This document shows, piece after piece, positions 45,531-55,682 of a stretch of 64,000 bases of DNA (position 1 is its first letter; each line of letters opens with the position of its first letter). The position numbers and the translations under genes were made by a program. The notes under the pieces are model-generated. The model did no database searches, was not told where the DNA came from, and saw only the letters and a program-made list of their open reading frames with translations. Source of the DNA: an uncultured Clostridia bacterium (GTDB taxonomy: Bacteria; Bacillota; Clostridia; UBA1381); contig CALXWJ010000005.1 in assembly GCA_944392335.1 (NCBI GenBank), positions 9-64,008 of the forward strand, given 5' to 3'.

Positions 45531-45607
45531 TGGTCGGGATGACAGGATTTGAACCTGCGGCCCCTACGTCCCGAACGTAATGCTCTACCAAACTGAGCCA
45601 CATCCCG
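45531..45607 (-). tRNA. tRNA-Pro (anticodon CGG), CCA encoded
   Basis: The reverse complement CGGGATGTGGCTCAGTTTGGTAGAGCATTACGTTCGGGACGTAGGGGCCGCAGGTTCAAATCCTGTCATCCCGACCA folds as a cloverleaf: 7-bp acceptor stem, GCTC/GAGC D stem, anticodon loop TTCGGGA, and T loop TTCAAAT. Confidence 0.95.
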
Positions 45608-45855
45608 ATTATAACGAGCACATTATAACATAAAATAAAAAAAAAGTCAAGAAAAATTTATTGCTTTGTTGTACTTCTTTATTTTAATGTTAATAGTTAA
45701 AGCTTTTTAAGTACTGATTGATGAAAGTATATATTTCATGATAAAAATTCATTTAAAAATATCTTTTACGTAATAATTTTCCTAATAAACTAAGAACAAT
45801 CGAAAAAAGAAAAACAGAGAATGTTAAATTCTCTGCATATAATCTTAAAATTTAA

Positions 45856-46044
45856 TCAGACAGCACGGGTAACCTTTCCTGAACGCAAACATCTGGTACA
45901 TACATTAACCGATTTCGGTGCGCCGTTTACGATAGCTCTAACTTTTCTTACATTAGGCTTCCATGTTCTGTTCGATCTTCTGTGTGAGTGGCTGACTTTT
46001 ATACCGAAAGCAACACCCTTGCCGCAGATTTCACATTTTGCCAT
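45856..46044 (-). CDS. rpmB: 50S ribosomal protein L28
   Basis: MAKCEICGKGVAFGIKVSHSHRRSNRTWKPNVRKV.. is the canonical L28 sequence. Start set to MAKCE. Confidence 0.93.
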   Translation of the reverse strand: MAKCEICGKGVAFGIKVSHSHRRSNRTWKPNVRKVRAIVNGAPKSVNVCTRCLRSGKVTRAV

Positions 46045-46418
46045 GATAAACACCTCCTAAAACATTCAATCATCAAAACATATTTATTTTAACACAAAAA
46101 AAGGTAATTTGCAATAGTTTTTTAGAAAAAAATAAAAAAATATAAATAATATTATTTCAGATGTTTTGTTTTAATAAAAAAGTATATGATATTTAACTGT
46201 GTTTTCATAAAAAATATATGATAACGGATAAAAATAAATAATAATATCAAGATAATAAAAAATATTTTCTAAAATTGAAAAATACTATTTAAAATTCGGA
46301 AAAAATATTGTATAATATATTATGGAAGAATTTGCAGTAATGTACCGAACCGTAATGATAAAACTATGATAAACAAAAAGAAAAGAGCGGCAGAAACCGT
46401 TTGAAAGGATGATGAACA

Positions 46419-47363
46419 ATGTCGGAGATCAAGTTTAGTATACCGTTGAGCAAGGTGGTGGATGATTTTCAATTTGAAAAGCTGTATTGTTCAAAGGATT
46501 ATGAAGATATAGTAATTGTAAGTGCGGATATAAACCGCCCCGGTCTACAGCTGATAGGCTTTTATGATTATTTTGATAATAACAGAATTCAAATATTGGG
46601 AAAGGTGGAGCTCACATATTTAGATCAGTATGGATATGAACAAAGGTATAAAATGCTTGAAACTCTTTTTCACAGTGATGTTCCGGCAATAATAATAACA
46701 AGAGGTATGCAAATCGGGCCGGAAATGTTTGAGCTGGCGGAAAAGTATGATATGACGCTTTTGAGAACGGAAGATTCTACATCAAATCTTATGAGCGCTT
46801 TGATCAGCTATCTGAATGTACAGATAGCCCCGAGAATAACACGTCATGGAGTGCTTGTTGAGGTATACGGCGAAGGGATCCTGATTATGGGTGAGAGCGG
46901 CGTCGGAAAGAGTGAAGCTGCTATAGAATTATTGAAAAGAGGACATCGGCTTGTAGCAGATGATGCTGTGGAAATAAAAAGGGTATCAAATAAAACATTG
47001 GTTGGATCCTCTCCCGAGATCATCAGGCATTTTGTTGAATTAAGAGGTATAGGTGTTATAGACGTAAAAGAAATATTCGGAATCGGGGCGGTAAAGGACA
47101 CTGAAAGCATAGACCTGATAATTCATCTTGAGCCATGGAAAGAAGGAAAACAGTATGACAGGCTTGGAATGGTTGATGAATATACCAATATTATGGGTAT
47201 TAATATACCGAGTATGACCGTACCGGTTAAAATAGGAAGAAATATTGCCGTAATTATTGAGGTGGCGTCAATGAATAACAGGCAAAAGAGAATGGGATAT
47301 AATGCTGCTATAGAGCTTAATAACAGATTAATGAAAAGAATGCAGGAACAATCAGAATATTAA
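46419..47363 (+). CDS. hprK: HPr kinase/phosphorylase
   Basis: HGVLVEVYGEGILIMGESGVGKSEAAIELLKRGHRLVADDAVE, plus the ELRGIG motif. Confidence 0.93.
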   Translation: MSEIKFSIPLSKVVDDFQFEKLYCSKDYEDIVIVSADINRPGLQLIGFYDYFDNNRIQILGKVELTYLDQYGYEQRYKMLETLFHSDVPAIIITRGMQIGPEMFELAEKYDMTLLRTEDSTSNLMSALISYLNVQIAPRITRHGVLVEVYGEGILIMGESGVGKSEAAIELLKRGHRLVADDAVEIKRVSNKTLVGSSPEIIRHFVELRGIGVIDVKEIFGIGAVKDTESIDLIIHLEPWKEGKQYDRLGMVDEYTNIMGINIPSMTVPVKIGRNIAVIIEVASMNNRQKRMGYNAAIELNNRLMKRMQEQSEY

Positions 47364-47547
47364 TTTTAACAATACAGGTATTACAGACGGCAAATATGCA
47401 TAAGATTTTTATAATAAAGCCGGATTGTCATGCTATGGCGGAAAATAATAAATATTTTTTATAAACTATGATTATTCAATAGGGGATTGCCCGGTTATAA
47501 TACGTCGTACAGGGATAGTCTTTATTTGATAATATTCGGAGGTAATT

Positions 47548-48447
47548 ATGAACATTAAAGAAAAGCTTTTGAAGGTTTGTGAGAATGTGTGTTTTTGCGA
47601 GCCGATGAAAAAACATACAACATTCAAAGTAGGCGGACCTGCCGACATTTTTTGTGAGCCGAAAAATATTGAAGAAATAAAGAATATTATGGATGTATTA
47701 AAAGATGAGAAAATAAATTATTTAATCATAGGAAACGGTTCGAATTTATTGGTCGCGGATAAAGGGCTCAAAGGTGCAGTAATCAGAATTGGTGATAAAA
47801 TGAGTGATATAAAGGTTTGCGGTACGAGAATGTATGCACAGTCGGGAGCGTTATTATCAAAAACAGCCAATATGGCATTAAAAAACAGCCTCACGGGAAT
47901 GGAATGTATTTCAGGTATACCCGGCAGCGTAGGAGGTGCGGTATATATGAATGCAGGTGCGTATGGGACAGAAATGTCACAGATCGTGAACAGCGTAACA
48001 TATATGAGCGCAAAAGGGGAAATTAAAACCATTCTCAATAAAGATATCGGATTCGGATATCGAAAAAGCTTTTTTACCGACAGCGATAATATTATTTTAT
48101 ACTGTGAATTACAGCTTGAAGAAGGAAAAGCCGAAGAAATAAGTGCAAGGATGAAAGAAGTAAGCATAAAAAGAACGTCAAAGCAACCGCTGAGCGTACC
48201 GAGTGCAGGAAGTGTATTTAAAAGACCAGAGGGATATTTTGCAGGTAAGCTGATCGAGGAATGCGGACTGAAAGGGTTCTCGGTAGGCGGGGCGGAGGTG
48301 TCGCAGCTGCATGCGGGATTCATAATAAACAAAGGTGACGCAACAGCCGCGGACGTTATGGCGGTGATAAAACATGTGCAGGAAGAAGTTTATAAAAAGT
48401 TTGGAATAATTTTAGAAACAGAAGTAAAAATTTTGGGGGAACATTAA
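47548..48447 (+). CDS. murB: UDP-N-acetylenolpyruvoylglucosamine reductase
   Basis: HTTFKVGGPAD.., IIGNGSNLL, GIPGSVGGAVYMNAGAYG and PSAGSVFKRP. Confidence 0.92.
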   Translation: MNIKEKLLKVCENVCFCEPMKKHTTFKVGGPADIFCEPKNIEEIKNIMDVLKDEKINYLIIGNGSNLLVADKGLKGAVIRIGDKMSDIKVCGTRMYAQSGALLSKTANMALKNSLTGMECISGIPGSVGGAVYMNAGAYGTEMSQIVNSVTYMSAKGEIKTILNKDIGFGYRKSFFTDSDNIILYCELQLEEGKAEEISARMKEVSIKRTSKQPLSVPSAGSVFKRPEGYFAGKLIEECGLKGFSVGGAEVSQLHAGFIINKGDATAADVMAVIKHVQEEVYKKFGIILETEVKILGEH

Positions 48448-48487
48448 GATATACAGCTGTTAAAGAGAGAAAGTAGAGGATAAAGAT

Positions 48488-49354
48488 ATGAAATTTACAG
48501 TTGTTACCGGGCTTTCCGGGTCAGGTAAAACACAGGTGTTAAAGTTTTTGGAGGATCATGGTTATTTTTGCATAGATAATCTCCCTCCTGTGCTTATACC
48601 AAAGCTTACGGAATTATTTTTTTCAACGAATGGAAAATTTGAAAAGATAGCTATTGTAATAGATATGAGAGTGGGAGAAATGATAAATGAGCTTTTGGAT
48701 AATTTAAACAGTCTCAAAGAAAAAGGATATAATTATACAATGCTTTTTGTCAATGCGAATGACGATGTACTTGTAAAAAGGTACAAGGAAACAAGACATG
48801 CCCATCCTATTGAAAGTGACGGAGGACTTCTCGGAAGTATAAGACTTGAAAGAAAGATGCTGGAAAAAATTTATAATGAAGCGGACTATGTAATAAATAC
48901 TTCCGCATTGACAATAGCTCAGCTACATGAAAAATTGAAAAATATATATTTAGACGGCGAAGATGATGAAAGCAAAATAAAGGTAGATATCATTCCGTTC
49001 GGCTTTAAATACGGCCTGCCGCTTGACGCGGATCTGGTATTTGATGTAAGATGCTTTCCGAATCCTTTTTATGTTCCGGAGCTTAAGGAAAAAAACGGGA
49101 ACGATAAAGAGGTTCAGGAGTTTGTAATGAAATCTCCTCAAACGCAGAAGTTTTATAAACAAATGTATGAAATGGTATTTGACCTGCTGCCCCTTTATTA
49201 TACCGAAGGAAAGCAATCGGTAACAATAGCGATAGGATGTACGGGCGGTAAGCACAGGAGTGTTACTCTTGCGAACAAGCTGGGAGAGGCTTTGATAAAA
49301 GATGGATATATTGTCAGTATAATATACAGGGACATCGAAAAGGGGAAAAAATAA
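48488..49354 (+). CDS. rapZ: RNase adapter / nucleotide-binding protein RapZ (YvcJ)
   Basis: VVTGLSGSGKT.., DNLP, FGFKYG.P.DADLVFDVR and IGCTGGKHRSV. Confidence 0.92.
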   Translation: MKFTVVTGLSGSGKTQVLKFLEDHGYFCIDNLPPVLIPKLTELFFSTNGKFEKIAIVIDMRVGEMINELLDNLNSLKEKGYNYTMLFVNANDDVLVKRYKETRHAHPIESDGGLLGSIRLERKMLEKIYNEADYVINTSALTIAQLHEKLKNIYLDGEDDESKIKVDIIPFGFKYGLPLDADLVFDVRCFPNPFYVPELKEKNGNDKEVQEFVMKSPQTQKFYKQMYEMVFDLLPLYYTEGKQSVTIAIGCTGGKHRSVTLANKLGEALIKDGYIVSIIYRDIEKGKK

Positions 49355-49444
49355 ATCAAAAGTGCAAATAATGTTTTGATGCTTAAGTGCTGTTTAAAAT
49401 ATATTTTTTTGTTTGCATTTAAACATCAGATTGGAGATTATAGT

Positions 49445-50392
49445 ATGATTTCTGATAAAAAGATAGTAGCAATAGGCGGAGGTACCGGATTGTCCGTTAT
49501 GCTGAGCGGTCTCAAAGAATCCTTTAAGGATATGACGGCAATAGTTACTGTTGCAGATGACGGAGGTTCCAGCGGAAGGCTGAGAGAAGAGCTGGGTATG
49601 CTGCCTCCGGGAGATATAAGAAACTGTCTTTGTGCATTGGCAAACAATGACCTAAAAGATATAATGAATTACAGATTTACCAAAGGAGAACTGAAAGGAC
49701 ATCCTTTCGGCAATTTAGCAATTGCGGCTGTTAATGAAATGAGTGACAGCTTTGTTGACGCGGTAAAAAAAATGAATCATCTGCTGGATACGGACGGTTT
49801 GGTAATTCCGGTAACCAATGAAAATGTGAAGTTATGTGCATATCTTGAAAACGGCGACATAGTATGGGGGGAATCCAATATAGGAAAAAGGATCGGAAAA
49901 GAAAGGATAGACCATGTGGAATTAAGGCCGCGAAAACCTTCTGCCGTTAAAGAAGCGATCAAAAAAATCAATTGTGCCGATGCTGTTATTTTTGGCCCGG
50001 GAAGCCTTTATACAAGTATTATCCCGAATCTGCTTGTTGAAGGAATCACTGATGCGATAAAACACAGCAATGCAATCAAGATTTATGTATGTAATATTAT
50101 GACACAGCCCGGAGAGACAATAGGCTATAGTGCCTACGATCATTTAAAGGCAATTGAAAAGCATACATATGAGGGTATTATGGATTATATAATTGCAAAT
50201 GACGAGGGTGTTAATGATGATATATTAAAACGTTATGAATCAGAGGGAGCGCAATATGTTAAAGCAGAGCCTGAGCTGTTTAAAAATTCATCAACAAAGC
50301 TGATACTTGGGAACCTTGTTGCGGACAACCCGGAGCTGTTAAGACATGATGTTGATGAACTTATCAGAATTATAAAAAAATGTATTGAATAA
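49445..50392 (+). CDS. yvcK: YvcK/GlmR-family (CofD-like) gluconeogenesis factor
   Basis: IVAIGGGTGLS.., VTVADDGGSSGRLR, GDIRNCL and GPGSLYTSIIPNLLV. Start set to MISDKK behind GGAG. Confidence 0.9.
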   Translation: MISDKKIVAIGGGTGLSVMLSGLKESFKDMTAIVTVADDGGSSGRLREELGMLPPGDIRNCLCALANNDLKDIMNYRFTKGELKGHPFGNLAIAAVNEMSDSFVDAVKKMNHLLDTDGLVIPVTNENVKLCAYLENGDIVWGESNIGKRIGKERIDHVELRPRKPSAVKEAIKKINCADAVIFGPGSLYTSIIPNLLVEGITDAIKHSNAIKIYVCNIMTQPGETIGYSAYDHLKAIEKHTYEGIMDYIIANDEGVNDDILKRYESEGAQYVKAEPELFKNSSTKLILGNLVADNPELLRHDVDELIRIIKKCIE

Positions 50393-50405
50393 GGAGAAGA
50401 TAAAA

Positions 50406-51305
50406 GTGTCGTTTTCATCTGATATAAAAGAAAAGATTTCTGTTATCGAAACCGATTGCATAAACTGTAAGAGGGCGCAGCTTCTTGCGATGATAAGATA
50501 TACCGGACGTATAAAGGACAATACGGTCATGCTTGTAACCGAAAATGAATCGGTTGCAAGGTGTCTTGTAAGGTTGATATATGAAAATTTTGATTATAAA
50601 ACTGATTTTGAATATAAAGAAAAGAGCAGGTTATATGAAATTGTTGTTTATGATGAAGAAATAATCAATTCAATAATTGGATTGTTGACCATGACAAAAG
50701 ATGATCATACAGAAATAACACCCAAAATTTGCTGTCGTGATTCATATGCTAGAGGGGCTTTTTTGGGAGGGGGATCAATATCCGACCCTCATAAAAGTTA
50801 TCATTTGGAATTTGATGCAAGATATGAGCCTGAGGCAGACAGGCTGTGCAATTTATTTAACAGTATCGGAATAGGGGCAAAAACCACTTGCCGTAAAGGC
50901 CGTTATATCGTATATATAAAGGAATATGATGCAATTGCCGACGTCTTGGGAATGATAGGAGATACGAACGCGGCGCTTGATATATACAACATATCCGTTG
51001 AAAAAGATATCAGAAACAATATAAACCGGCAAATAAACTGTGAAAATGCAAATATGGATAAGGTCGCCGATGCATATATGAAGCATCTTGCTGCAATTGA
51101 AAAGATAAAAAAGACGATCGGGATGGATAAATTACCCGAAACCTTGCAGGAGATCGCAAATGTCCGAGTCATGTATCCCGAAGCAAGTTTAAAACAGCTT
51201 GGTGAACGGCTTGAAAATCCCATAGGGAAATCGGGTGTAAATCATAGGTTAAACAGAATTATTGAAATAGCAGAATCCATAAAGGAAAAGACCGCAGCCA
51301 AATAA
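50406..51305 (+). CDS. whiA: DNA-binding protein WhiA
   Basis: (V)SFSSDIKEKIS.. N-terminus, a LAGLIDADG-like core (RGAFLGGGSISDPHKSYHLEF) and a C-terminal HTH (GVNHRLNRI). GTG start at 50406 follows AAGGAG. Confidence 0.9.
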   Translation: MSFSSDIKEKISVIETDCINCKRAQLLAMIRYTGRIKDNTVMLVTENESVARCLVRLIYENFDYKTDFEYKEKSRLYEIVVYDEEIINSIIGLLTMTKDDHTEITPKICCRDSYARGAFLGGGSISDPHKSYHLEFDARYEPEADRLCNLFNSIGIGAKTTCRKGRYIVYIKEYDAIADVLGMIGDTNAALDIYNISVEKDIRNNINRQINCENANMDKVADAYMKHLAAIEKIKKTIGMDKLPETLQEIANVRVMYPEASLKQLGERLENPIGKSGVNHRLNRIIEIAESIKEKTAAK

Positions 51306-51319
51306 AGCTGCGGCCTTTT
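51292..51319 (+). terminator. Terminator overlapping the whiA stop
   Basis: CCGCAGC-loop-GCTGCGG followed by CCTTTTG. Confidence 0.55.
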
Positions 51320-51571
51320 GCGGTGGGTAATAATTAAAATGGAAATATTTTAATTTGTTTACATTGCATAAAAATTATTTAAAGCAATAAAATGCTTTAT
51401 CATTTTATGCAATATACATAGTAATTTCTTTAAAATATATCACCGTCTTTAATCTTCTTTACAGGGACCGGTATTTCGCGGGTTGTGCCGACGTCGGGCT
51501 TTATATAGGTAATGATGCGAAATACCGTACCTGCAATTAAAACCTGCCGTAAGGCAGAATTGTCACATATT

Positions 51572-52108
51572 TTAAACCGACTCGATCAAAGCATAATATC
51601 CGTCGTTTCTTTTATAAACAACATTCATTTCATCGGTGTCTTTATTTCTGAAAACGAAGAAATTGTGACCCAACAAATTCATCTGTAAAACCGCTTCTTC
51701 AGCGCTCATAGGTTTAATATGGAATCTTTTGCGTTTTACTATTTTAAATTCCGAATCGTCCTCTCCGTCGATATAATCGTTTCCGTTTATAAGAACGTTA
51801 TCGGAAACAGCTTCTCTCTTGATTTTCTTTTCAAGTCTTGTTTTGTTTTTGCGGATCTGTCTTTCAATAACATCTACGATTTTGTCTGTAGCGCAAAAGA
51901 CGTCGCTTTCGATCACCTCAGCCCTGTAAATCATTCCGGCTGCATAAACGGAAGCCTCAACATATTCTTTTTCTTTAATTGCTCCTATCACTACTCTTGC
52001 TTCCGATTCTTCCCTGAAAAATTTATCCAGCTTTCCCAGTCGTTTTTCAATGTACTCCTTATGTTTATCCGTAACTTCAATTTTACGGCCTATAATGTTG
52101 AACTTCAT
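51572..52108 (-). CDS. hpf: Ribosome hibernation promoting factor (long form)
   Basis: MKFNIIGRKIEVTDKHKEYIEKRLGKLDKFF.. plus the C-terminal dimerisation domain (..KPMSAEEAVLQMNLLGHNFFVFRN..). Start set to MKFNI. Confidence 0.9.
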   Translation of the reverse strand: MKFNIIGRKIEVTDKHKEYIEKRLGKLDKFFREESEARVVIGAIKEKEYVEASVYAAGMIYRAEVIESDVFCATDKIVDVIERQIRKNKTRLEKKIKREAVSDNVLINGNDYIDGEDDSEFKIVKRKRFHIKPMSAEEAVLQMNLLGHNFFVFRNKDTDEMNVVYKRNDGYYALIESV

Positions 52109-52244
52109 ATGATCATCTCCCGGGTGTAAATTTAAGAATTTTGTTATTCTTATTAAATATATACCCATTTTTTTCATTTTTAAACATTTTTATATTGAAA
52201 TTTTTTAAAAATTTTAGTATAATTTTAAAATAAGAATAAACTAC

Positions 52245-52386
52245 TATAACTGTGGATAAAAATCCCTCCCTCTGTAAGCGACAGGCGCCGTATTTGCAGT
52301 CAGTGCGAGAGTATGGTATCCCCTGTATTACACCGCTGCTATGCAGCGCTCTTGCCCTTGTTGAATAACCTGACAACCTTATTGAA
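52245..52386 (+). repeat. Structured intergenic repeat, copy 7 (degenerate)
   Basis: TATAACTGTGGATAAAAATCC...CAGTGCGAGAGTATGGTATCCCCTG...CTCTTGCCCTTGTTGAATAACCTGACAACCTTATTGAA. Same order of modules with many substitutions. Confidence 0.7.
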
Positions 52387-52433
52387 TAACACAAAAAATG
52401 CCGGCAAGGTCTGCCGGCGGAATGGAGAGTTAA

Positions 52434-55400
52434 ATGCTTATCAGTTCTGTATTGACGGCATTATATGTTGTTTTTTGTATTTTCATACTTAATTATATAA
52501 TAAAAAAAGATAAATCTATAAAGCCAAAGGTGAATGTTTTTGTATTTTCCGCGGTAATCGGATTGATTTTAAGAATAATAATAGGATATATTATCCCGGG
52601 TCATTCCACCGATATGGGGTGTTTCAGCTCGTGGGCGGATATGCTGTATAAAGATGGGATCTCTGCATTTTATGAGTCGGATCAATTTACCGACTATCCT
52701 CCGGGATATATGTATATACTTACATTATTGGGCTACATTAAAAATACTTTCAATGCAGCTGCAGGGTTAAGTAATGTTATTATAAAATTACCTGCAATGC
52801 TTGCGGATATTCTGACCGGATTTTTTATATACAGAATTTCATGCCGGAAATTCACAAAAGGAGCTGCTCAGATTATCGGTAGTATTTATATTTTTAATCC
52901 TGCCGCAATAATAAATTGCGCGGCATGGGGTCAGGTGGATTCCGTTTATTTGTTTATAGTCATCGGTGCATTGTATTTGCTGAGCGAAAAGAAAATGATA
53001 TTTTCGTATATTATTTTTGGTTTGGCGGTGATATTTAAACCTCAGGCGCTGATTTTCACACCGGTTTTCATATTTGACGCATTTTCGGGACTGTATAACA
53101 GTACAAACAGGGGAAGATATACAGTTAAGATCATAATATCATTGACAGCGGCATTGATATTTGCAGTATTGCTGATAATGCCGTTTGGGATCAATAATGT
53201 TTTGCGCCAGTATATCGATACACTGTCGTCTTATCCCTACGCAACCGTCAATGCCTTTAATGTATGGGCGCTTGCCGGCATGAATTGGTTTGAACTAAAC
53301 GGCGTAATAACAATGATAGGCTATGCCTTTATTTTGTTGATCTGTGTCTTTGCGGGAATTATATTTTATAAAATCAAAGACAAGTCAAAATATTTTATAA
53401 CCGCGGCATTTCTTTGCTTTGCGACTTATATGCTGTCGGTCAAGATGCATGAACGGTACGCGTTTTGTGCTATGGCACTGATCTTATTGGGATTCTGTTA
53501 TCAAAATCAAAGAAAAAATTTTTTGCTGTATATATTCCTTACAGTTTCGCAGGTGGTAAATGTTGCATGGATATTGTTTGTATACGATAAGGATACATCA
53601 AAATATTATCAAAGTGCATTTGTTTATATCGCATCCTTTGTAAACGTTGTAATATTTGTATATATGATAATATGCCTTATTAAAAATGCAGACAGCAGGC
53701 TGTTTGCCCCGCCACCGATAAATAATTATATCAAATCTGAGAAAAAAATAACGGTCACAAGGAAAGATGTTGTCTTAATCGCAGTGATAACCGCGGTATA
53801 TTCAGTTATTGCCCTGTTTAATCTTGGGAGCAGAGAAGCCCCAGAGACCGGTGAATATATGGAATCGGGAGATGAAATCATAATTGAATTTGATAAAATG
53901 TATGACATATCAAAATTTTGTTTATTTAACGGTGTGAAACCAATTGATGAAGATAATATATTGAAAGTAAGTCTGTATGACGAAAATAATCAGTTTTTAA
54001 AGGCTTTTGAGCTTGATGACTGTGAGGTGTTTGTATGGCATTTTCAGCCGGTTGAGGGGCTTTGGACAAGGTATGTAAAAATAGAAGCTCAGAAGACGAC
54101 CGAAATAAAGGAAATGGCATTTTTCGACGCCTTTGACACAAAAATAGATCTGAGCGCGTGTACCGATTTGAAAATTGCGGATGAACAGGATATTGTCCCA
54201 AAAAGGGAAAGCTATTATAACAGCGCTTACTTTGACGAGGTGTATCATGCAAGAACAGGATATGAATTTATTAACGGTATAGATGTCTATGAATGGACTC
54301 ATCCGCCGCTCGGAAAGATTTTTATTGCCTTGGGAATAAAAATCTTCGGTATGACACCCTTTGGGTGGCGTATTGCAGGAACGGTTTTCGGTATACTAAT
54401 GCTGCCTTTTATTTATTTGTTTGCAAAAAAATTAACAAAGAAAACATGGCTTTCGGCAATAACCTGTATTATATTTGCTTTTGATTTTATGCATTTTACT
54501 CAGACAAGAATAGCCACAATAGATGTGTATATAACCTTTTTTGTGATACTTATGTATTATTTTATGTATTCATATTACAATACGAGCTTTTATGATACAA
54601 AATTATCAAAAACCTTTGTGCCGCTGCTTCTGTCAGGCGTATGCTTCGGGCTGGGAGTCGCTTGTAAATGGACCGGCATATATGCCGGCGCGGGGCTTTG
54701 TGTGCTATTTTTTATGACGATCCACAAAAGATTCAAGGAATATATTTTTGCCAAAGAAAGAATGGAAACAGAAGAGGACAGATATATAGCGGAAAATTTT
54801 ATTAAAAAAACATTAGAGACCTTTGCATTTTGTGTTTTTGCATTCATTTTGATACCTGTCATAATATATATGCTGTCATATATTCCGTATTTAAGATGTG
54901 AGGGCGGAGGATTGGAGGCAATAATAAAAAATCAGAAGGACATGTTTATATATCACAGCCAAACGGTTCTTGATGCTACGCACCCGTATTCCTCAAAGTG
55001 GTATGAATGGATAATAATGAAAAGGCCTATATGGTATTATTCGGGCACTATCAATGAAAATCTAAAAGAAGGTATAAGCGCTTTCGGGAATCCGCTTGTT
55101 TGGTGGTGCGGGATACCGGCCGTTTTGTTTATGATATATTCTGCGGCAATAAAAAAAGATGTTAAAGCGATTTTTATTGTAACGGGATATTTTGCACAGC
55201 TTATTCCATGGCTGTTTGTAGACAGAGTGGTATTTATTTATCATTACTTCCCTTGCACGGTCTTTTTGGTCTTAGCAATAGCCTACAGTATAAAGCTATT
55301 ATATGATAAAAACAGAATATTTAAAAAAATTGCCGTTATTTATGCATTTGCCGCAGTATTTATGTTTGTGATGTTCTATCCGGTTTTATCGGGATTGGCA

Positions 55401-55460
55401 ATAGATCCAAGATACGTGGATCTGTTTTTGAGATGGTTTGATAGTTGGGTATTGATATAA
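52434..55460 (+). CDS. Double GT-C-fold membrane glycosyltransferase (N-terminal DUF2029/PIG-V-like module + central beta-sandwich-like insert + C-terminal GT39/PMT-like module)
   Basis: About 20 or more TM helices. The N-half has a QFTDYPPGYMY loop. The central soluble region is about 150 aa. The C-half has YFDEVYHARTGYEF..WTHPPLGK (PMT loop-1 DE motif) and a PMT C-terminal TM bundle. Confidence 0.75.
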   Translation: MLISSVLTALYVVFCIFILNYIIKKDKSIKPKVNVFVFSAVIGLILRIIIGYIIPGHSTDMGCFSSWADMLYKDGISAFYESDQFTDYPPGYMYILTLLGYIKNTFNAAAGLSNVIIKLPAMLADILTGFFIYRISCRKFTKGAAQIIGSIYIFNPAAIINCAAWGQVDSVYLFIVIGALYLLSEKKMIFSYIIFGLAVIFKPQALIFTPVFIFDAFSGLYNSTNRGRYTVKIIISLTAALIFAVLLIMPFGINNVLRQYIDTLSSYPYATVNAFNVWALAGMNWFELNGVITMIGYAFILLICVFAGIIFYKIKDKSKYFITAAFLCFATYMLSVKMHERYAFCAMALILLGFCYQNQRKNFLLYIFLTVSQVVNVAWILFVYDKDTSKYYQSAFVYIASFVNVVIFVYMIICLIKNADSRLFAPPPINNYIKSEKKITVTRKDVVLIAVITAVYSVIALFNLGSREAPETGEYMESGDEIIIEFDKMYDISKFCLFNGVKPIDEDNILKVSLYDENNQFLKAFELDDCEVFVWHFQPVEGLWTRYVKIEAQKTTEIKEMAFFDAFDTKIDLSACTDLKIADEQDIVPKRESYYNSAYFDEVYHARTGYEFINGIDVYEWTHPPLGKIFIALGIKIFGMTPFGWRIAGTVFGILMLPFIYLFAKKLTKKTWLSAITCIIFAFDFMHFTQTRIATIDVYITFFVILMYYFMYSYYNTSFYDTKLSKTFVPLLLSGVCFGLGVACKWTGIYAGAGLCVLFFMTIHKRFKEYIFAKERMETEEDRYIAENFIKKTLETFAFCVFAFILIPVIIYMLSYIPYLRCEGGGLEAIIKNQKDMFIYHSQTVLDATHPYSSKWYEWIIMKRPIWYYSGTINENLKEGISAFGNPLVWWCGIPAVLFMIYSAAIKKDVKAIFIVTGYFAQLIPWLFVDRVVFIYHYFPCTVFLVLAIAYSIKLLYDKNRIFKKIAVIYAFAAVFMFVMFYPVLSGLAIDPRYVDLFLRWFDSWVLI

Positions 55461-55600
55461 CCCAAGGAAAGATGTCCCCGTTGTAATCGGCGGCGGGTTC
55501 CATATCTGTAATCGGTGTGAGAGTATGAGCTTGCGCTGATTACAGAGCAGCACGGCAGTGTTCTTGCTCTCGTTGAATAACGGGACAAGCCCTTATTGAA
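55456..55600 (+). repeat. Structured intergenic repeat, copy 8
   Basis: TATAAC overlaps the GT-C stop codon. H1 is CCGTTG-TAAT-CGGCGG (G-U pairs) and H2 is TAATCGGTGTGAGAG..GCGCTGATTA. Ends GGGACAAGCCCTTATTGAA. Confidence 0.88.
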
Positions 55601-55682
55601 TCGTTAAATGAAAAAAGTACTTGGACAGCCATAGGCTGATTGGAAACTTATGTAAGGAATATGTGGAGGGAATATAACAGAA

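Noticed and set aside
55560-55600. Integron attC-like site: GTTGAAT (matching GTTRRRY) in the H4 loop of copies 6-8 and ATTGAAT at the 3' end.
   Set aside because: There is no integron integrase in the window and no matching RYYYAAC inverse core at the 5' side. The element architecture (three hairpins, 145 nt) is not attC-like.
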